Source: a virus
Taxonomy: Duplodnaviria > Heunggongvirae > Uroviricota > Caudoviricetes
Strand: one strand, 5' to 3'
Length of the DNA: 36,391 bases
Virus record (IMG/VR): IMGVR_UViG_2534681704_000005
Location: 1 to 36,391 of that record
Position numbers and translations under genes: made by a program. Positions 8,341 to 16,697 of this stretch are shown here, one piece after another; the stretch's first letter is position 1, and the number at the start of each line of letters is the position of its first letter. The notes below the pieces were generated by a model. It searched no databases. It worked only from the letters and a program-made list of their open reading frames with translations, and was not told the DNA's origin.

Positions 8341-8381
8341 TGCAACTCGTAACAACTTAACTACCTAAAAAGGAGAAAGCT

Positions 8382-8630
8382 ATGACACCTGAGCAATTAG
8401 CCTTATCGGAGGCAATCGCTCTGGCTGGTGGTCAATCAGAATTGGCTCGGAAGCTCACAGCCAGCAGCGGTCATTTAGTAAAGCAACAACATGTCTGGAA
8501 CTGGTTGAACAGAGAAAAGCGTCCCCCTGCAAAGCTCTCGATATTCATTGAAAAGACCACTGGCATATCAAAAGAAAAATTACGTCCAGATATTTTTCAA
8601 AAGATTAAAGATTCATCAGATGAAAAGTAA
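8382..8630 (+). CDS. cro: Cro-like HTH regulator (YdaS/Cro family), 82 aa
   Basis: SD AAAAAGGAG before ATG; small HTH protein divergent from cI. Confidence 0.8.
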   Translation: MTPEQLALSEAIALAGGQSELARKLTASSGHLVKQQHVWNWLNREKRPPAKLSIFIEKTTGISKEKLRPDIFQKIKDSSDEK

Positions 8631-8652
8631 CCACAGTTTTAAGGAGATAGCC

Positions 8653-9204
8653 GTGGGTAAGCATCACTGGAAAGTAGAAAAACAGCCTAAGTGGTACGTG
8701 AAAGCTGTCAGAAAAACTATCGCGGCGTTGCCGGGTGGTTACGCTGAAGCTGCTGACTGGCTGGATGTAACAGAGAACGCATTATTTAACCGCCTTCGTG
8801 CCGATGGCGATCAGATTTTCCCGCTGGGATGGGCAATGGTTTTACAGCGCGCAGCTGGCACTCACTACATTGCGGATGCTGTCGCACAGTCTGCTGGTGG
8901 GGTGTTCGTATCGCTTCCTGAAATTGAGGAAGTAGAGAACGCCGATATAAACCAGCGCCTGCTGGAAGTCATCGAACAGATCGGGAGTTACTCAAAGCAG
9001 ATTCGTTCGGCAATCGAAGATGGGGTAGTGGAGCCACACGAGCAGACAGCAATTAACGACGAGCTGTATCTCTCAATTTCGAAGCTGCAGGAGCATGCAG
9101 CACTGGTCTACAAAATCTTTTGCATTTCAGAAAGTAATGACGCCCGCGAGTGTGCAGCTCCGGGCGCCGTGGCGTGTCGTGACTGTGGAGAAACTAACGC
9201 ATGA
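8653..9204 (+). CDS. Hypothetical regulatory protein in the cII position (YdaT-like?), about 183 aa
   Basis: GTG 8653 with SD AAGGAG 6 nt upstream (alternative ATG 8620 has no SD); function assigned by position only. Confidence 0.5.
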   Translation: MGKHHWKVEKQPKWYVKAVRKTIAALPGGYAEAADWLDVTENALFNRLRADGDQIFPLGWAMVLQRAAGTHYIADAVAQSAGGVFVSLPEIEEVENADINQRLLEVIEQIGSYSKQIRSAIEDGVVEPHEQTAINDELYLSISKLQEHAALVYKIFCISESNDARECAAPGAVACRDCGETNA

Positions 9205-9539
9205 ACAGTTTAACAACACACTACCGTCGCTCGCAACTGATTGCGCTTCCTGTACCGGGTGGAAAAGCGAAGGTGGAGTATTGCTATGCAGTTAATGTAC
9301 CTGGTGACAGGGAAATTGTAACCCACAGCTTTGCTGAGTGGGCTGTGGGTGATTTCAACCGGCAGAAGGAGACAGTCCTTTGCGACAAGTTAACCGCTGG
9401 TTCAAAGATCACTACGGAGTGCCCGTCAGAGTCATTCGTTGGGAGCCGGAAACACAACGGGTTATCTACCTCCGCGAAGGCTATGAGCATGAGTGCTTCA
9501 GCCCGCTCGAACAGTTTCGTCGTAAATTCAGGGAAATAG
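9201..9539 (+). CDS. Hypothetical protein, possibly frameshifted (see findings)
   Basis: ATGA-coupled to the upstream gene; C-terminal half is Ser-rich low-complexity while the -1 frame (9353-9559) reads protein-like and couples to the next gene. Confidence 0.4.
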   Translation: MNSLTTHYRRSQLIALPVPGGKAKVEYCYAVNVPGDREIVTHSFAEWAVGDFNRQKETVLCDKLTAGSKITTECPSESFVGSRKHNGLSTSAKAMSMSASARSNSFVVNSGK

Positions 9540-9548
9540 AGGTCGGTC

Positions 9549-10490
9549 ATGAGCACTAAATTAACCGGCTATGTATGGGATGGTTGCGCTGCATCAGGCA
9601 TGAAATTATCCAGCGTGGCAATTATGGCCCGCCTGGCTGATTTCAGTAATGACGAAGGTGTGTGCTGGCCATCAATTGAAACCATTGCCCGTCAGATTGG
9701 CGCGGGGATGAGTACCGTCAGAACGGCTATCGCACGGCTGGAAGCAGAAGGCTGGTTAACGCGTAAGGCGTGTCGCCAGGGTAACCGCAATGCGTCGAAT
9801 GTTTATCAGCTTAACGTTGCGAAGCTTCAGGCAGCGGCATTTTCTCAACTGTCAGATTCTGACCCGTCAAAATCTGACGCATCAAAATCTGACCCGTCAA
9901 AATTTGATGCGTCGAAATCTGGCAAAAAAGCGGGTTTTCACCCGTCAGAATCTGGCGGGGATCCGTCAGTAAAATCAAAACATGATCCGTCAGATAAAAA
10001 AACTTCTCGTCCGGACGCTTCGCAACCGGACACGCAGACGGCTGAACAGGAGTTTTTAACTCGCCATCCTGATGCGGTTGTATTCAGCCCTAAAAAGCGC
10101 CAGTGGGGAACGCAGGATGATTTGACCTGCGCACAGTGGCTCTGGAAAAAAATCATCGCCCTGTACGAGCAGGCCGCCGAATGTGACGGCGAGGTGGTTC
10201 GTCCCAAAGAACCGAACTGGACAGCCTGGGCAAACGAAATTCGCCTGATGTGTGTGCAGGATGGTCGTACTCATAAACAAATCTGCGAGATGTACAGCCG
10301 CGTCAGTCGCGATCCGTTCTGGTGCCGTAACGTGCTCAGCCCGTCGAAGCTGCGGGAAAAATGGGATGAGCTTTCCCTGCGCTTATCGCCGTCCGTCAGC
10401 ACGTACACCGAAAAACGCGAAGACCCGTACTTCAAAGCCAGTTACGACAACGTGGACTACAGCCAGATCCCGGCAGGATTCAGGGGGTGA
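9549..10490 (+). CDS. Replication initiator (lambda O-like) with internal iteron origin, 313 aa
   Basis: N-terminal winged-helix DNA-binding region; tandem repeats in the coding sequence appear as SDPSKSDASKSDPSKFDASKSG in the protein, as with ori-lambda inside O. Confidence 0.75.
   Translation: MSTKLTGYVWDGCAASGMKLSSVAIMARLADFSNDEGVCWPSIETIARQIGAGMSTVRTAIARLEAEGWLTRKACRQGNRNASNVYQLNVAKLQAAAFSQLSDSDPSKSDASKSDPSKFDASKSGKKAGFHPSESGGDPSVKSKHDPSDKKTSRPDASQPDTQTAEQEFLTRHPDAVVFSPKKRQWGTQDDLTCAQWLWKKIIALYEQAAECDGEVVRPKEPNWTAWANEIRLMCVQDGRTHKQICEMYSRVSRDPFWCRNVLSPSKLREKWDELSLRLSPSVSTYTEKREDPYFKASYDNVDYSQIPAGFRG
9864..9993. repeat. Iteron array (putative ori): four tandem 15-bp repeats (CCGTCAAAATCTGAC-like) plus three CCGTCAG copies and an AT-rich tract
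   Basis: Repeat starts at 9864, 9879, 9894, 9909, then 9942, 9963, 9987; followed by an A-rich stretch. Confidence 0.6.
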
Positions 10491-10492
10491 GC

Positions 10493-10981
10493 ATGAGTCT
10501 TTTGAATGACGTTCAGAAATTCATTGAAGCCCATCCGGGCTGTACTTCCGGAGATATTGCGGATGCTTTTGCCGGTTACTCACGGCAGCGCGTTCTGCAG
10601 TCAGCAAGCAAGTTACGTCAGAGTGGGCGTGTGGCTCACCGTTGTGAAGGGGATACACGCAGACATTTCCCGCGCCTGACTGAGAGAGCGCAGGAGGCGG
10701 AACCGCAACCAGTTCGTGAAACCAGACCTGTGCGCAATTTCTATGTCAGCACTAACGACCCGCGGGAGATTTTGTGCCTGACCCGCCAGGCTGAAGAACT
10801 GGAGTCCAGGGGCTTATACCGTCGTGCTGCAACGGTGTGGATGGCGGCATTCCGTGAAAGCCACTCCCAGCCAGAACGAAACAATTTTCTGGCGCGTCGT
10901 GAACAGTGTTTACGGAAAAGCAGCAAGCGCGCTGTATCGAGTGATGAGTGGTATCTGTCAGGGAATTACGTGGGGGCGTAA
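10493..10981 (+). CDS. Hypothetical protein, winged-helix N-terminus with PerC/ANR-like C-terminal motif (tentative)
   Basis: ATG 10493 after SD GGGGGTGA; C-terminal LYRRAATVWMAAF resembles the PerC/ANR family motif; stop overlaps next start. Confidence 0.55.
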   Translation: MSLLNDVQKFIEAHPGCTSGDIADAFAGYSRQRVLQSASKLRQSGRVAHRCEGDTRRHFPRLTERAQEAEPQPVRETRPVRNFYVSTNDPREILCLTRQAEELESRGLYRRAATVWMAAFRESHSQPERNNFLARREQCLRKSSKRAVSSDEWYLSGNYVGA

Positions 10982-11307
10982 TGACGACGTTAACTCAATG
11001 CCAGCAGCAGGTGCTGGATATGCTGATTTCTTACCAGAAAGAACGTGGCTTCCCGCCAACCAATCAGGAGGTGGCAACCATGCTGGGATATCGTTCGGTG
11101 AATGCAGCGGTGGAGCATCTTCGCGCACTGGAGAAAAAAGGCGTCATCACGATAAAGCGTGGCGTGGCCCGGGGGATAACGCTTCATACCGCGGTGAAGG
11201 ACGACGACAGCGAGGCGGTCGGGATTATCCGCTCACTGCTTGCCGGTGAGGAAAACGCCAGGCTGCGTGCAGCCCACTGGTTACATGAGAGGGGCCTGAA
11301 AGTATGA
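10981..11307 (+). CDS. LexA DNA-binding-domain-like protein lacking the peptidase domain, 108 aa
   Basis: MTTLTQCQQQVLDMLISYQKERGFPPTNQEVATMLGYRSVNAAVEHLRALEKKGVI parallels the LexA N-terminal domain; no S24 domain follows. Confidence 0.7.
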   Translation: MTTLTQCQQQVLDMLISYQKERGFPPTNQEVATMLGYRSVNAAVEHLRALEKKGVITIKRGVARGITLHTAVKDDDSEAVGIIRSLLAGEENARLRAAHWLHERGLKV

Positions 11308-11693
11308 AGTTGATCCTTCCTTTCCCGCCCAGCGTGAACACGTACTGGCGACACCCCAACAAAGGGGCATTTGCTGGTAAGAGCCTGATAAGCGCGGCGG
11401 GGCGAAAATTTCAGAGCGCGGCGTGTGCAGCAATAGTTGAGCAGTTACGTCGTCTGCCAAAACCAACGTCGGCACCTGCTTCAGTGGAGATCGTTTTGTT
11501 TCCTCCGGATAACCGGATCCGCGATCTGGACAACTATAACAAGGCACTGTTTGACGCCCTGACCCACGCGGGTGTGTGGGAAGACGACAGCCAGGTGAAA
11601 AGAATGCTGGTGGAGTGGGGACCGGTTATCCCGGAAGGGAAGGTCGAGATCACTATCAGTAAGTACGAGAAAACGGCGGGTGCAGCCGCCTGA
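11304..11693 (+). CDS. rusA: RusA-family Holliday-junction resolvase
   Basis: N-terminal LPFPPSVNTYWR motif typical of RusA; nin-region position. Confidence 0.8.
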   Translation: MKLILPFPPSVNTYWRHPNKGAFAGKSLISAAGRKFQSAACAAIVEQLRRLPKPTSAPASVEIVLFPPDNRIRDLDNYNKALFDALTHAGVWEDDSQVKRMLVEWGPVIPEGKVEITISKYEKTAGAAA

Positions 11694-11712
11694 TCAAGAG
11701 GAGAAACGAAGT

Positions 11713-12510
11713 ATGAATAATCTGATGGTTATTGATGGTATTGAAGTTCGTCGTGATGCTTATGGGCGTTACAGCCTGAACGATCTGCACAGGGCTGCTG
11801 GTTCTCTGGATAAGCATAAGCCTGCATTCTGGCTCCGCAATGAGCAAACTGAGCGTTTAATAAGCGAGTTGCAGATTTGCAACTCGGTTAATATAGAGCC
11901 AGTTAACGTTATTCGTGGCGGAAATAACCAGGGGACGTATGTCTGCAAAGAACTGGTGTATGCCTATGCAATGTGGATCAGCCCGTCATTCCATCTGAAG
12001 GTGATCCGTACTTTCGATATGGTAACCAGCGCACCGGAAAAATTATCCGGGCAGGCTGCTGACAAGATGCAGGCTGGTGTGATTCTGCTGGACTTTATGC
12101 GTCGGGAGTTAAACCTGTCTAACTCATCTGTGCTTGGTGCCTGTCAGAAACTCCAGGAGGCTGTTGGCTTACCGAATCTGGCACCGCGCTATGCCATTGA
12201 TGCTCCTGCTGACGCGCCTGATGGCTCAAGCCGCCCGACGCTGTCGCTGAGTGCACTGCTGAAGCAGTATGGTATCCGCCTGACAGCTAATCAGGCATAT
12301 CACCAGATGGTGAAACTGGGGATCGTCGAGCAGCGCGAACGATACAGCCGTACCGCGATTAACAACATCAAAAAATTCTGGTCGCTGACGGCGAAAGGCT
12401 GCATGTTCGGCAAGAACATCACCAGTCCTGCAAATCCGCGCGAGACGCAGCCGCACTTCTTCGAATCCCGATTCCCTGAGCTGTTAAAGCTGCTCGATAC
12501 CGTTCATTGA
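11713..12510 (+). CDS. KilA-N domain protein (antirepressor-like)
   Basis: Start at MNNLMVIDGIEVRRD with SD AGAGGAG; N-terminal KilA-N/APSES-like region. Confidence 0.7.
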   Translation: MNNLMVIDGIEVRRDAYGRYSLNDLHRAAGSLDKHKPAFWLRNEQTERLISELQICNSVNIEPVNVIRGGNNQGTYVCKELVYAYAMWISPSFHLKVIRTFDMVTSAPEKLSGQAADKMQAGVILLDFMRRELNLSNSSVLGACQKLQEAVGLPNLAPRYAIDAPADAPDGSSRPTLSLSALLKQYGIRLTANQAYHQMVKLGIVEQRERYSRTAINNIKKFWSLTAKGCMFGKNITSPANPRETQPHFFESRFPELLKLLDTVH

Positions 12511-12511
12511 G

Positions 12512-13507
12512 GTGACCGTGAGAGCACTACTGACCCCTGAAATTGCCCCGCGTATGGGGATCGTATTGTTCAGACCAGGTTCAGAGCTGATGCCCCTGTT
12601 TATGCAGGGGCGTGTCCTGCTGGAGCCTGAGCCGGAACGTTATTCATCTTTCGCCAGTGGTGCCGTTCCGGCGGCATCACAACCGCTGGCGGATGATCCT
12701 GCCGTTCGGGCCGTGTTCCGCAATGAGGCAGTGATCCGTCGTGCTGGTGGAGTGGAATGTCTTGAAAGCTGGTTACTTCGTGAAAAAGGCTGCCAGTGGC
12801 CTCATTCCGACTGGCACAGCGAGAACATGACCACAATGCGACACGCGCCGGGCGCAATCCGTCTGTGCTGGCACTGCGATAACCAGCTGCGCGATCAGTT
12901 CACGGAACGGCTGGAATCAATGGCAACGGATAACTGTGCCCGCTGGGTGTTATCTGTTGTGCGCCGTGATCTCGGTTTTGATGATAGTCACGTTGTGACA
13001 ATGCCGGAACTGTGCTGGTGGCTGGTTCGTAATGACCTGGCTGATGCCTTACCGGAAAGTGCAGCCCGTAAGGCACTGAGATTACCGAAGCCTGTTGTGC
13101 CGTCTGTCACCCGGGAGAGTGACCTTGTTCCTTCGGTTCCTGCCACCAGCATTATCCAGGATAAAGCGAAAAAGGTGCTGGCGCTGAAAGTGGATCCAGA
13201 GTCGCCGGAGTCTTTTATGTTACGCCCAAAACGTCGCCGCTGGGTTAATGAAAAGTACACGCGCTGGGTTAAGACACAGCCGTGTGCATGTTGTGGAAAG
13301 CCTGCTGATGATCCCCATCACCTGATAGGCCACGGTCAGGGTGGAATGGGTACAAAAGCGCATGACCTCTTTGTGTTGCCTTTGTGCAGAAAGCATCACG
13401 ACGAGCTGCATGCGGATACCGTGGCATTTGAAGAGATGTATGGCTCCCAGCTGGAGCTGATATTTCGTTTTATCGATCGTGCGCTGGCAACAGGCGTACT
13501 GGCGTAA
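12512..13507 (+). CDS. Phage protein with C-terminal Cys/His-rich motif (DUF968-like, tentative)
   Basis: C-terminal CACCGKPADDPHHLIGHG...CRKHHDELH; GTG start assumed, exact start uncertain. Confidence 0.55.
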   Translation: MTVRALLTPEIAPRMGIVLFRPGSELMPLFMQGRVLLEPEPERYSSFASGAVPAASQPLADDPAVRAVFRNEAVIRRAGGVECLESWLLREKGCQWPHSDWHSENMTTMRHAPGAIRLCWHCDNQLRDQFTERLESMATDNCARWVLSVVRRDLGFDDSHVVTMPELCWWLVRNDLADALPESAARKALRLPKPVVPSVTRESDLVPSVPATSIIQDKAKKVLALKVDPESPESFMLRPKRRRWVNEKYTRWVKTQPCACCGKPADDPHHLIGHGQGGMGTKAHDLFVLPLCRKHHDELHADTVAFEEMYGSQLELIFRFIDRALATGVLA

Positions 13508-13521
13508 GTGGAGAACTCTAA

Positions 13522-14100
13522 ATGATTAATCCTTCTGAAATTGGCAAAACGGGTGAAATGGTTCGTCTTCGTACTCTGGAAAGTATCTGGGTTCAGGGTA
13601 AGCTCCGCATGTGGGGACGCTGGTCTTATATCGGCGGTGGTAGTGGTGGGAACATGTTTAACCAGCTACTGGCATCTGGAAAAATTACCAAAACGGCAAT
13701 TAAAGAAGCGCTACGCCGGATGAAAAAAGCGGGTATCAGCAAACCAGAGCTGGAAGCGTTTTTCAAAGAGATTCAGGAAGGGCAGAATAAAAGCGGTCTG
13801 GCGTTCTGTACCGATGAGGAAGCGCTGACCATCAACGCTGTACTCAGCGATGTCCTTGTGCAGTCAGGACATAAGAATTTATACGCTCTTATTGAAGATC
13901 GTTATATCAAACGCCTTAGCAAAAAGGCAATGGCAAGAGACCTAAATAAAAAGCATCCTGAATGGTGTTTGCGAACCTGTGAAAGCCGGATTGATGTTTG
14001 GCTAAATGTAGCAGAATCGATGCTATACAAGCCAATGTGTGATGCATTTGGCACAAATGGCGACAGATTCCGCTTGAATAGTTGCGCGGAAAGTGCTTGA
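13522..14100 (+). CDS. Late-gene antiterminator Q-like protein, 192 aa
   Basis: Position immediately upstream of terminators and lysis genes; SD GTGGAGAA; assignment mostly positional. Confidence 0.55.
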   Translation: MINPSEIGKTGEMVRLRTLESIWVQGKLRMWGRWSYIGGGSGGNMFNQLLASGKITKTAIKEALRRMKKAGISKPELEAFFKEIQEGQNKSGLAFCTDEEALTINAVLSDVLVQSGHKNLYALIEDRYIKRLSKKAMARDLNKKHPEWCLRTCESRIDVWLNVAESMLYKPMCDAFGTNGDRFRLNSCAESA

Positions 14101-14150
14101 ATTATGTTAAGCTCAGAGCGTTAAAGCGAACTGATGCAACAGAACAAATA

Positions 14151-14175
14151 AAAACCCGCCATTGTGCGGGTTTTT
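14151..14175. terminator. Bidirectional rho-independent terminator (AAAACCCGC-CATTGT-GCGGGTTTT plus T-run)
   Basis: GC stem with U-tracts on both strands; 50 nt after Q stop and 7 nt after the stop of the convergent moron. Confidence 0.7.
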
Positions 14176-14181
14176 GCATAT

Positions 14182-14661
14182 CTAGAGCAGACCTATAGCG
14201 CCACCGGCAATAGCAGTAAGTAAAGGATGTTCTGCTAACTTTCTTAGCAGCCCCTTTGCTTCTTCTTTCTGCTGTGGCGTACCCTGAGAGCTATTTATTA
14301 AGTTATTCAGCGTCTCGATGCTATTGGTAATCTCCTGACGGTTATGATCTCCAATCTGTACATTCCCTCCGTGAATGTTGATTTGCTGAGAAGAAATAGT
14401 TGGTTGTATCTTTTTGGGGCCAACCTTGAGTTGGAAGTGTGGGCCAAAACCGCCAATGCTAGTGTCGTAAAAATTAGCTTTATAAATTTCTTTATGTTCT
14501 TCCTTACCGTTTGGAAGGAGTCGAACAACAGTATCCCCGTCATCGATGTCGGCCATTTGGTCGTTTACGATAATTGTATCACCTGCAAACTTGGCCTTAT
14601 ACGGGCCGCATCTGCTGCCATCACGTTTTAAGATGTAGGCATCGTCTTTAGCTGTAAACAT
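14182..14661 (-). CDS. Accessory (moron) protein of unknown function, 159 aa, hydrophobic C-terminal tail
   Basis: Opposite strand to the late operon, SD GGAG 5 nt before ATG, flanked by terminators; ends LLTAIAGGAIGLL; AT-rich. Confidence 0.7.
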   Translation of the reverse strand: MFTAKDDAYILKRDGSRCGPYKAKFAGDTIIVNDQMADIDDGDTVVRLLPNGKEEHKEIYKANFYDTSIGGFGPHFQLKVGPKKIQPTISSQQINIHGGNVQIGDHNRQEITNSIETLNNLINSSQGTPQQKEEAKGLLRKLAEHPLLTAIAGGAIGLL

Positions 14662-14773
14662 TTCTACTCCTGTGTAAAGTCATAGCCAGAAAACGCTGAC
14701 GCTAAACATTTACCGTTAAATGTCAGGGAAGTATGAGATATAGGTCAAAAAAGACAATTTAATGAAACATAAG

Positions 14774-14799
14774 GCCTCGCAATTAAGCGGGGCTTTTTT
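14774..14799 (+). terminator. Rho-independent terminator (GCCTCGC-AATTAA-GCGGGGC plus T6), candidate tR'
   Basis: 7-bp stem including one G-U pair followed by TTTTTT, upstream of the holin gene. Confidence 0.55.
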
Positions 14800-14913
14800 C
14801 ATTTCAGGCTCACGGGAATCATCCGCTACGTGCTTTGGTGATAAATACAGCCCGAGAAACCTGATACACCTTTCATCATTAAGCGCCATCCGAACTATCG
14901 GAGGTGAGAGACC

Positions 14914-15255
14914 ATGAAAATGCATAACGATCCTCATTCCTGGCCTGACTTACTTGAATTGTTTCAGAGCTGGTGGCGTGGAGACACACCGCTGGGCGCA
15001 GTGATTATGTCGATTGTTATGGCTGGTTTACGTATTGCCTATTTTGGCGGTGGTGGTGGCTGGAAGCGAAAAACACTCGAAATTCTACTCTGTGGCGCTC
15101 TGACGCTGACTTTTGCATCCGCTCTTGAGTATGTCGGATGGCCTAAATCACTATCTGTTGCCATTGGTGGTGGAGTGGGGCTGATCGGTGTCGATGCTAT
15201 TCGTGGGGCTGCAATGCGAGTAATCGGTAACAAATTTGGTGGCTCTAAGGAGTAA
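14914..15255 (+). CDS. Holin (lambda S-like, dual-start MKM motif)
   Basis: Strong SD GGAGGTGA; three predicted hydrophobic segments and a charged C-terminus; immediately upstream of the endolysin. Confidence 0.8.
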   Translation: MKMHNDPHSWPDLLELFQSWWRGDTPLGAVIMSIVMAGLRIAYFGGGGGWKRKTLEILLCGALTLTFASALEYVGWPKSLSVAIGGGVGLIGVDAIRGAAMRVIGNKFGGSKE

Positions 15256-15258
15256 TTT

Positions 15259-15735
15259 ATGCAGGTACTAAATTCCCAGCGTAAAGCTTTCCTTGATATG
15301 GTGGCTTGGTCAGAAGGAACGGATAACGGGCGACAACCGACACGTAACCACGGTTATGATGTTATTGTTGGTGGCAAACTGTTCACTGATTACTCCGATC
15401 ACCCTCGCAAACTTGTCACGCTAAACCCCAAACTCAAATCAACAGCCGCCGGACGTTACCAGCTTCTTTCACGCTGGTGGGATGCTTACCGTAAACAGCT
15501 TGGCCTGAAAGATTTTTCTCCAGAAAGCCAGGACGCTGTAGCTCTGCAGCAGATTAAAGAGCGTGGCGCTTTACCGATGATTGACCGCGGCAATATTCGT
15601 CAGGCAATCGACCGTTGCAGCAATATCTGGGCGTCGTTACCAGGTGCAGGTTACGGTCAGTATGAACATAAAATCGGCGACCTGATTGCCCGATTTAAAG
15701 AGGCTGGTGGGGTAGTAAATGAAGCTGAGATATAA
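15259..15735 (+). CDS. R: Endolysin, lambda R-type lytic transglycosylase
   Basis: Near-identical over long stretches to lambda R as recalled (NSQRKAFLDMVAWSEGTDNGRQPTRNHGYDVIVGG...). Confidence 0.92.
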   Translation: MQVLNSQRKAFLDMVAWSEGTDNGRQPTRNHGYDVIVGGKLFTDYSDHPRKLVTLNPKLKSTAAGRYQLLSRWWDAYRKQLGLKDFSPESQDAVALQQIKERGALPMIDRGNIRQAIDRCSNIWASLPGAGYGQYEHKIGDLIARFKEAGGVVNEAEI

Positions 15736-16111
15736 GCTGGTTATTGTTGCCTTCTTTGTTACCGTCATTGGTTCCTTCATCTGGTCTGCCGGGCATTACT
15801 ACAGCAAATATCAGCACGAAAAGGAGCGTGCTGATGAGGCTGTACGAAATGCTGAATCGGCAACTGCCATTACCAATAACGTCCTGCAATCAATACAAAT
15901 CGTAAATACAGCACTGGAGGCTAGCCAGCATGCAAAACAACAAATCGCACTGGAGTCACAGAGAACCCAGGAAGATATCAAAGTGGCTGTTGCGAATGAT
16001 GATTGCGCTTCACGTCCTGTGCCTGCTGCCGCTACTGACCGGTTGCGGAAGTACGCGGACAGTTTACGTGAGCACCCCAGTAGCACCACTGTCAACCACC
16101 CTAACTTCTGA
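15719..16111 (+). CDS. i-spanin (Rz-like)
   Basis: N-terminal transmembrane segment then coiled-coil-like region; overlaps the endolysin stop. Confidence 0.7.
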   Translation: MKLRYKLVIVAFFVTVIGSFIWSAGHYYSKYQHEKERADEAVRNAESATAITNNVLQSIQIVNTALEASQHAKQQIALESQRTQEDIKVAVANDDCASRPVPAAATDRLRKYADSLREHPSSTTVNHPNF

Positions 16112-16244
16112 AACACCGATTCCAATTATACCTAGTCCACTGACATATGGTGCTAGCCTAGACCTGAATGCAAGTTTGTTATCTGCATTAGGGCAGTGCA
16201 ATAGAGATAAAAAGGCTATCCGCAGTATAAACAATGCTAGATGA
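15996..16244 (+). CDS. o-spanin lipoprotein (Rz1-like), embedded in and extending past Rz in another frame
   Basis: Signal peptide with lipobox LLTGC followed by a Pro-rich mature region; classic Rz/Rz1 overlap. Confidence 0.6.
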   Translation: MMIALHVLCLLPLLTGCGSTRTVYVSTPVAPLSTTLTSETPIPIIPSPLTYGASLDLNASLLSALGQCNRDKKAIRSINNAR

Positions 16245-16322
16245 AGATTTTAATTTAAATTGAAGATGCCTATTACTAGACATCTTTATAATTTATGCTC
16301 AAACCAAAGTGGATTTGTAATA

Positions 16323-16697
16323 TTAAAGACTATTTAGGAGACTCTGAATAATAGGCCATAAAGTTAATGTGTTTGCACCAGCTGAGTAAAATCGCTCCAT
16401 CAGTTGTAGAGGTGTTGATGACTGATTAAACTTGATATCATTTAAAATGTCGTATATTTCTTGTAGCTTCTCTGCACCCAGCTTATCGTTAATTTCACTT
16501 AAGTTATTTTGTATGGCGATTTCTGCTTCTTTTATAAGCCGAACTGTTTCTGCTGAGTAATGAATATTGTTGGAAAGAAAAGTATTAGCTGAATCAATAA
16601 TTTCATAACCAACTTCAGCACCAAATGATTTGTTTCCAATCATTTTGATGTTTTCGCATCCCTTAATGCGATAAGCAACGGTTTTCTTTTCACTCAT
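16323..16697 (-). CDS. Accessory (moron) protein of unknown function, 124 aa
   Basis: Antisense to the late operon in a visibly AT-rich block between Rz1 and the HNH gene; no recognisable domain. Confidence 0.6.
   Translation of the reverse strand: MSEKKTVAYRIKGCENIKMIGNKSFGAEVGYEIIDSANTFLSNNIHYSAETVRLIKEAEIAIQNNLSEINDKLGAEKLQEIYDILNDIKFNQSSTPLQLMERFYSAGANTLTLWPIIQSLLNSL

Noticed and set aside
9284-9556. Minus-strand 90-aa ORF opposite the frameshifted gene
   Set aside because: Antisense within a rightward early operon with no SD; plus-strand frames show coupling signals.
10824-11249. 141-aa plus-strand ORF overlapping the LexA-DBD-like gene in another frame
   Set aside because: Arg/Gly-rich low-complexity translation; the overlapping frame has a recognisable LexA-like domain and translational coupling.
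8221-14180. Canonical LexA/SOS box (CTGT-N8-ACAG) near the LexA-DBD-like, KilA-N or Q genes
   Set aside because: A by-eye scan found only partial matches; cannot be asserted without a position-weight-matrix scan.
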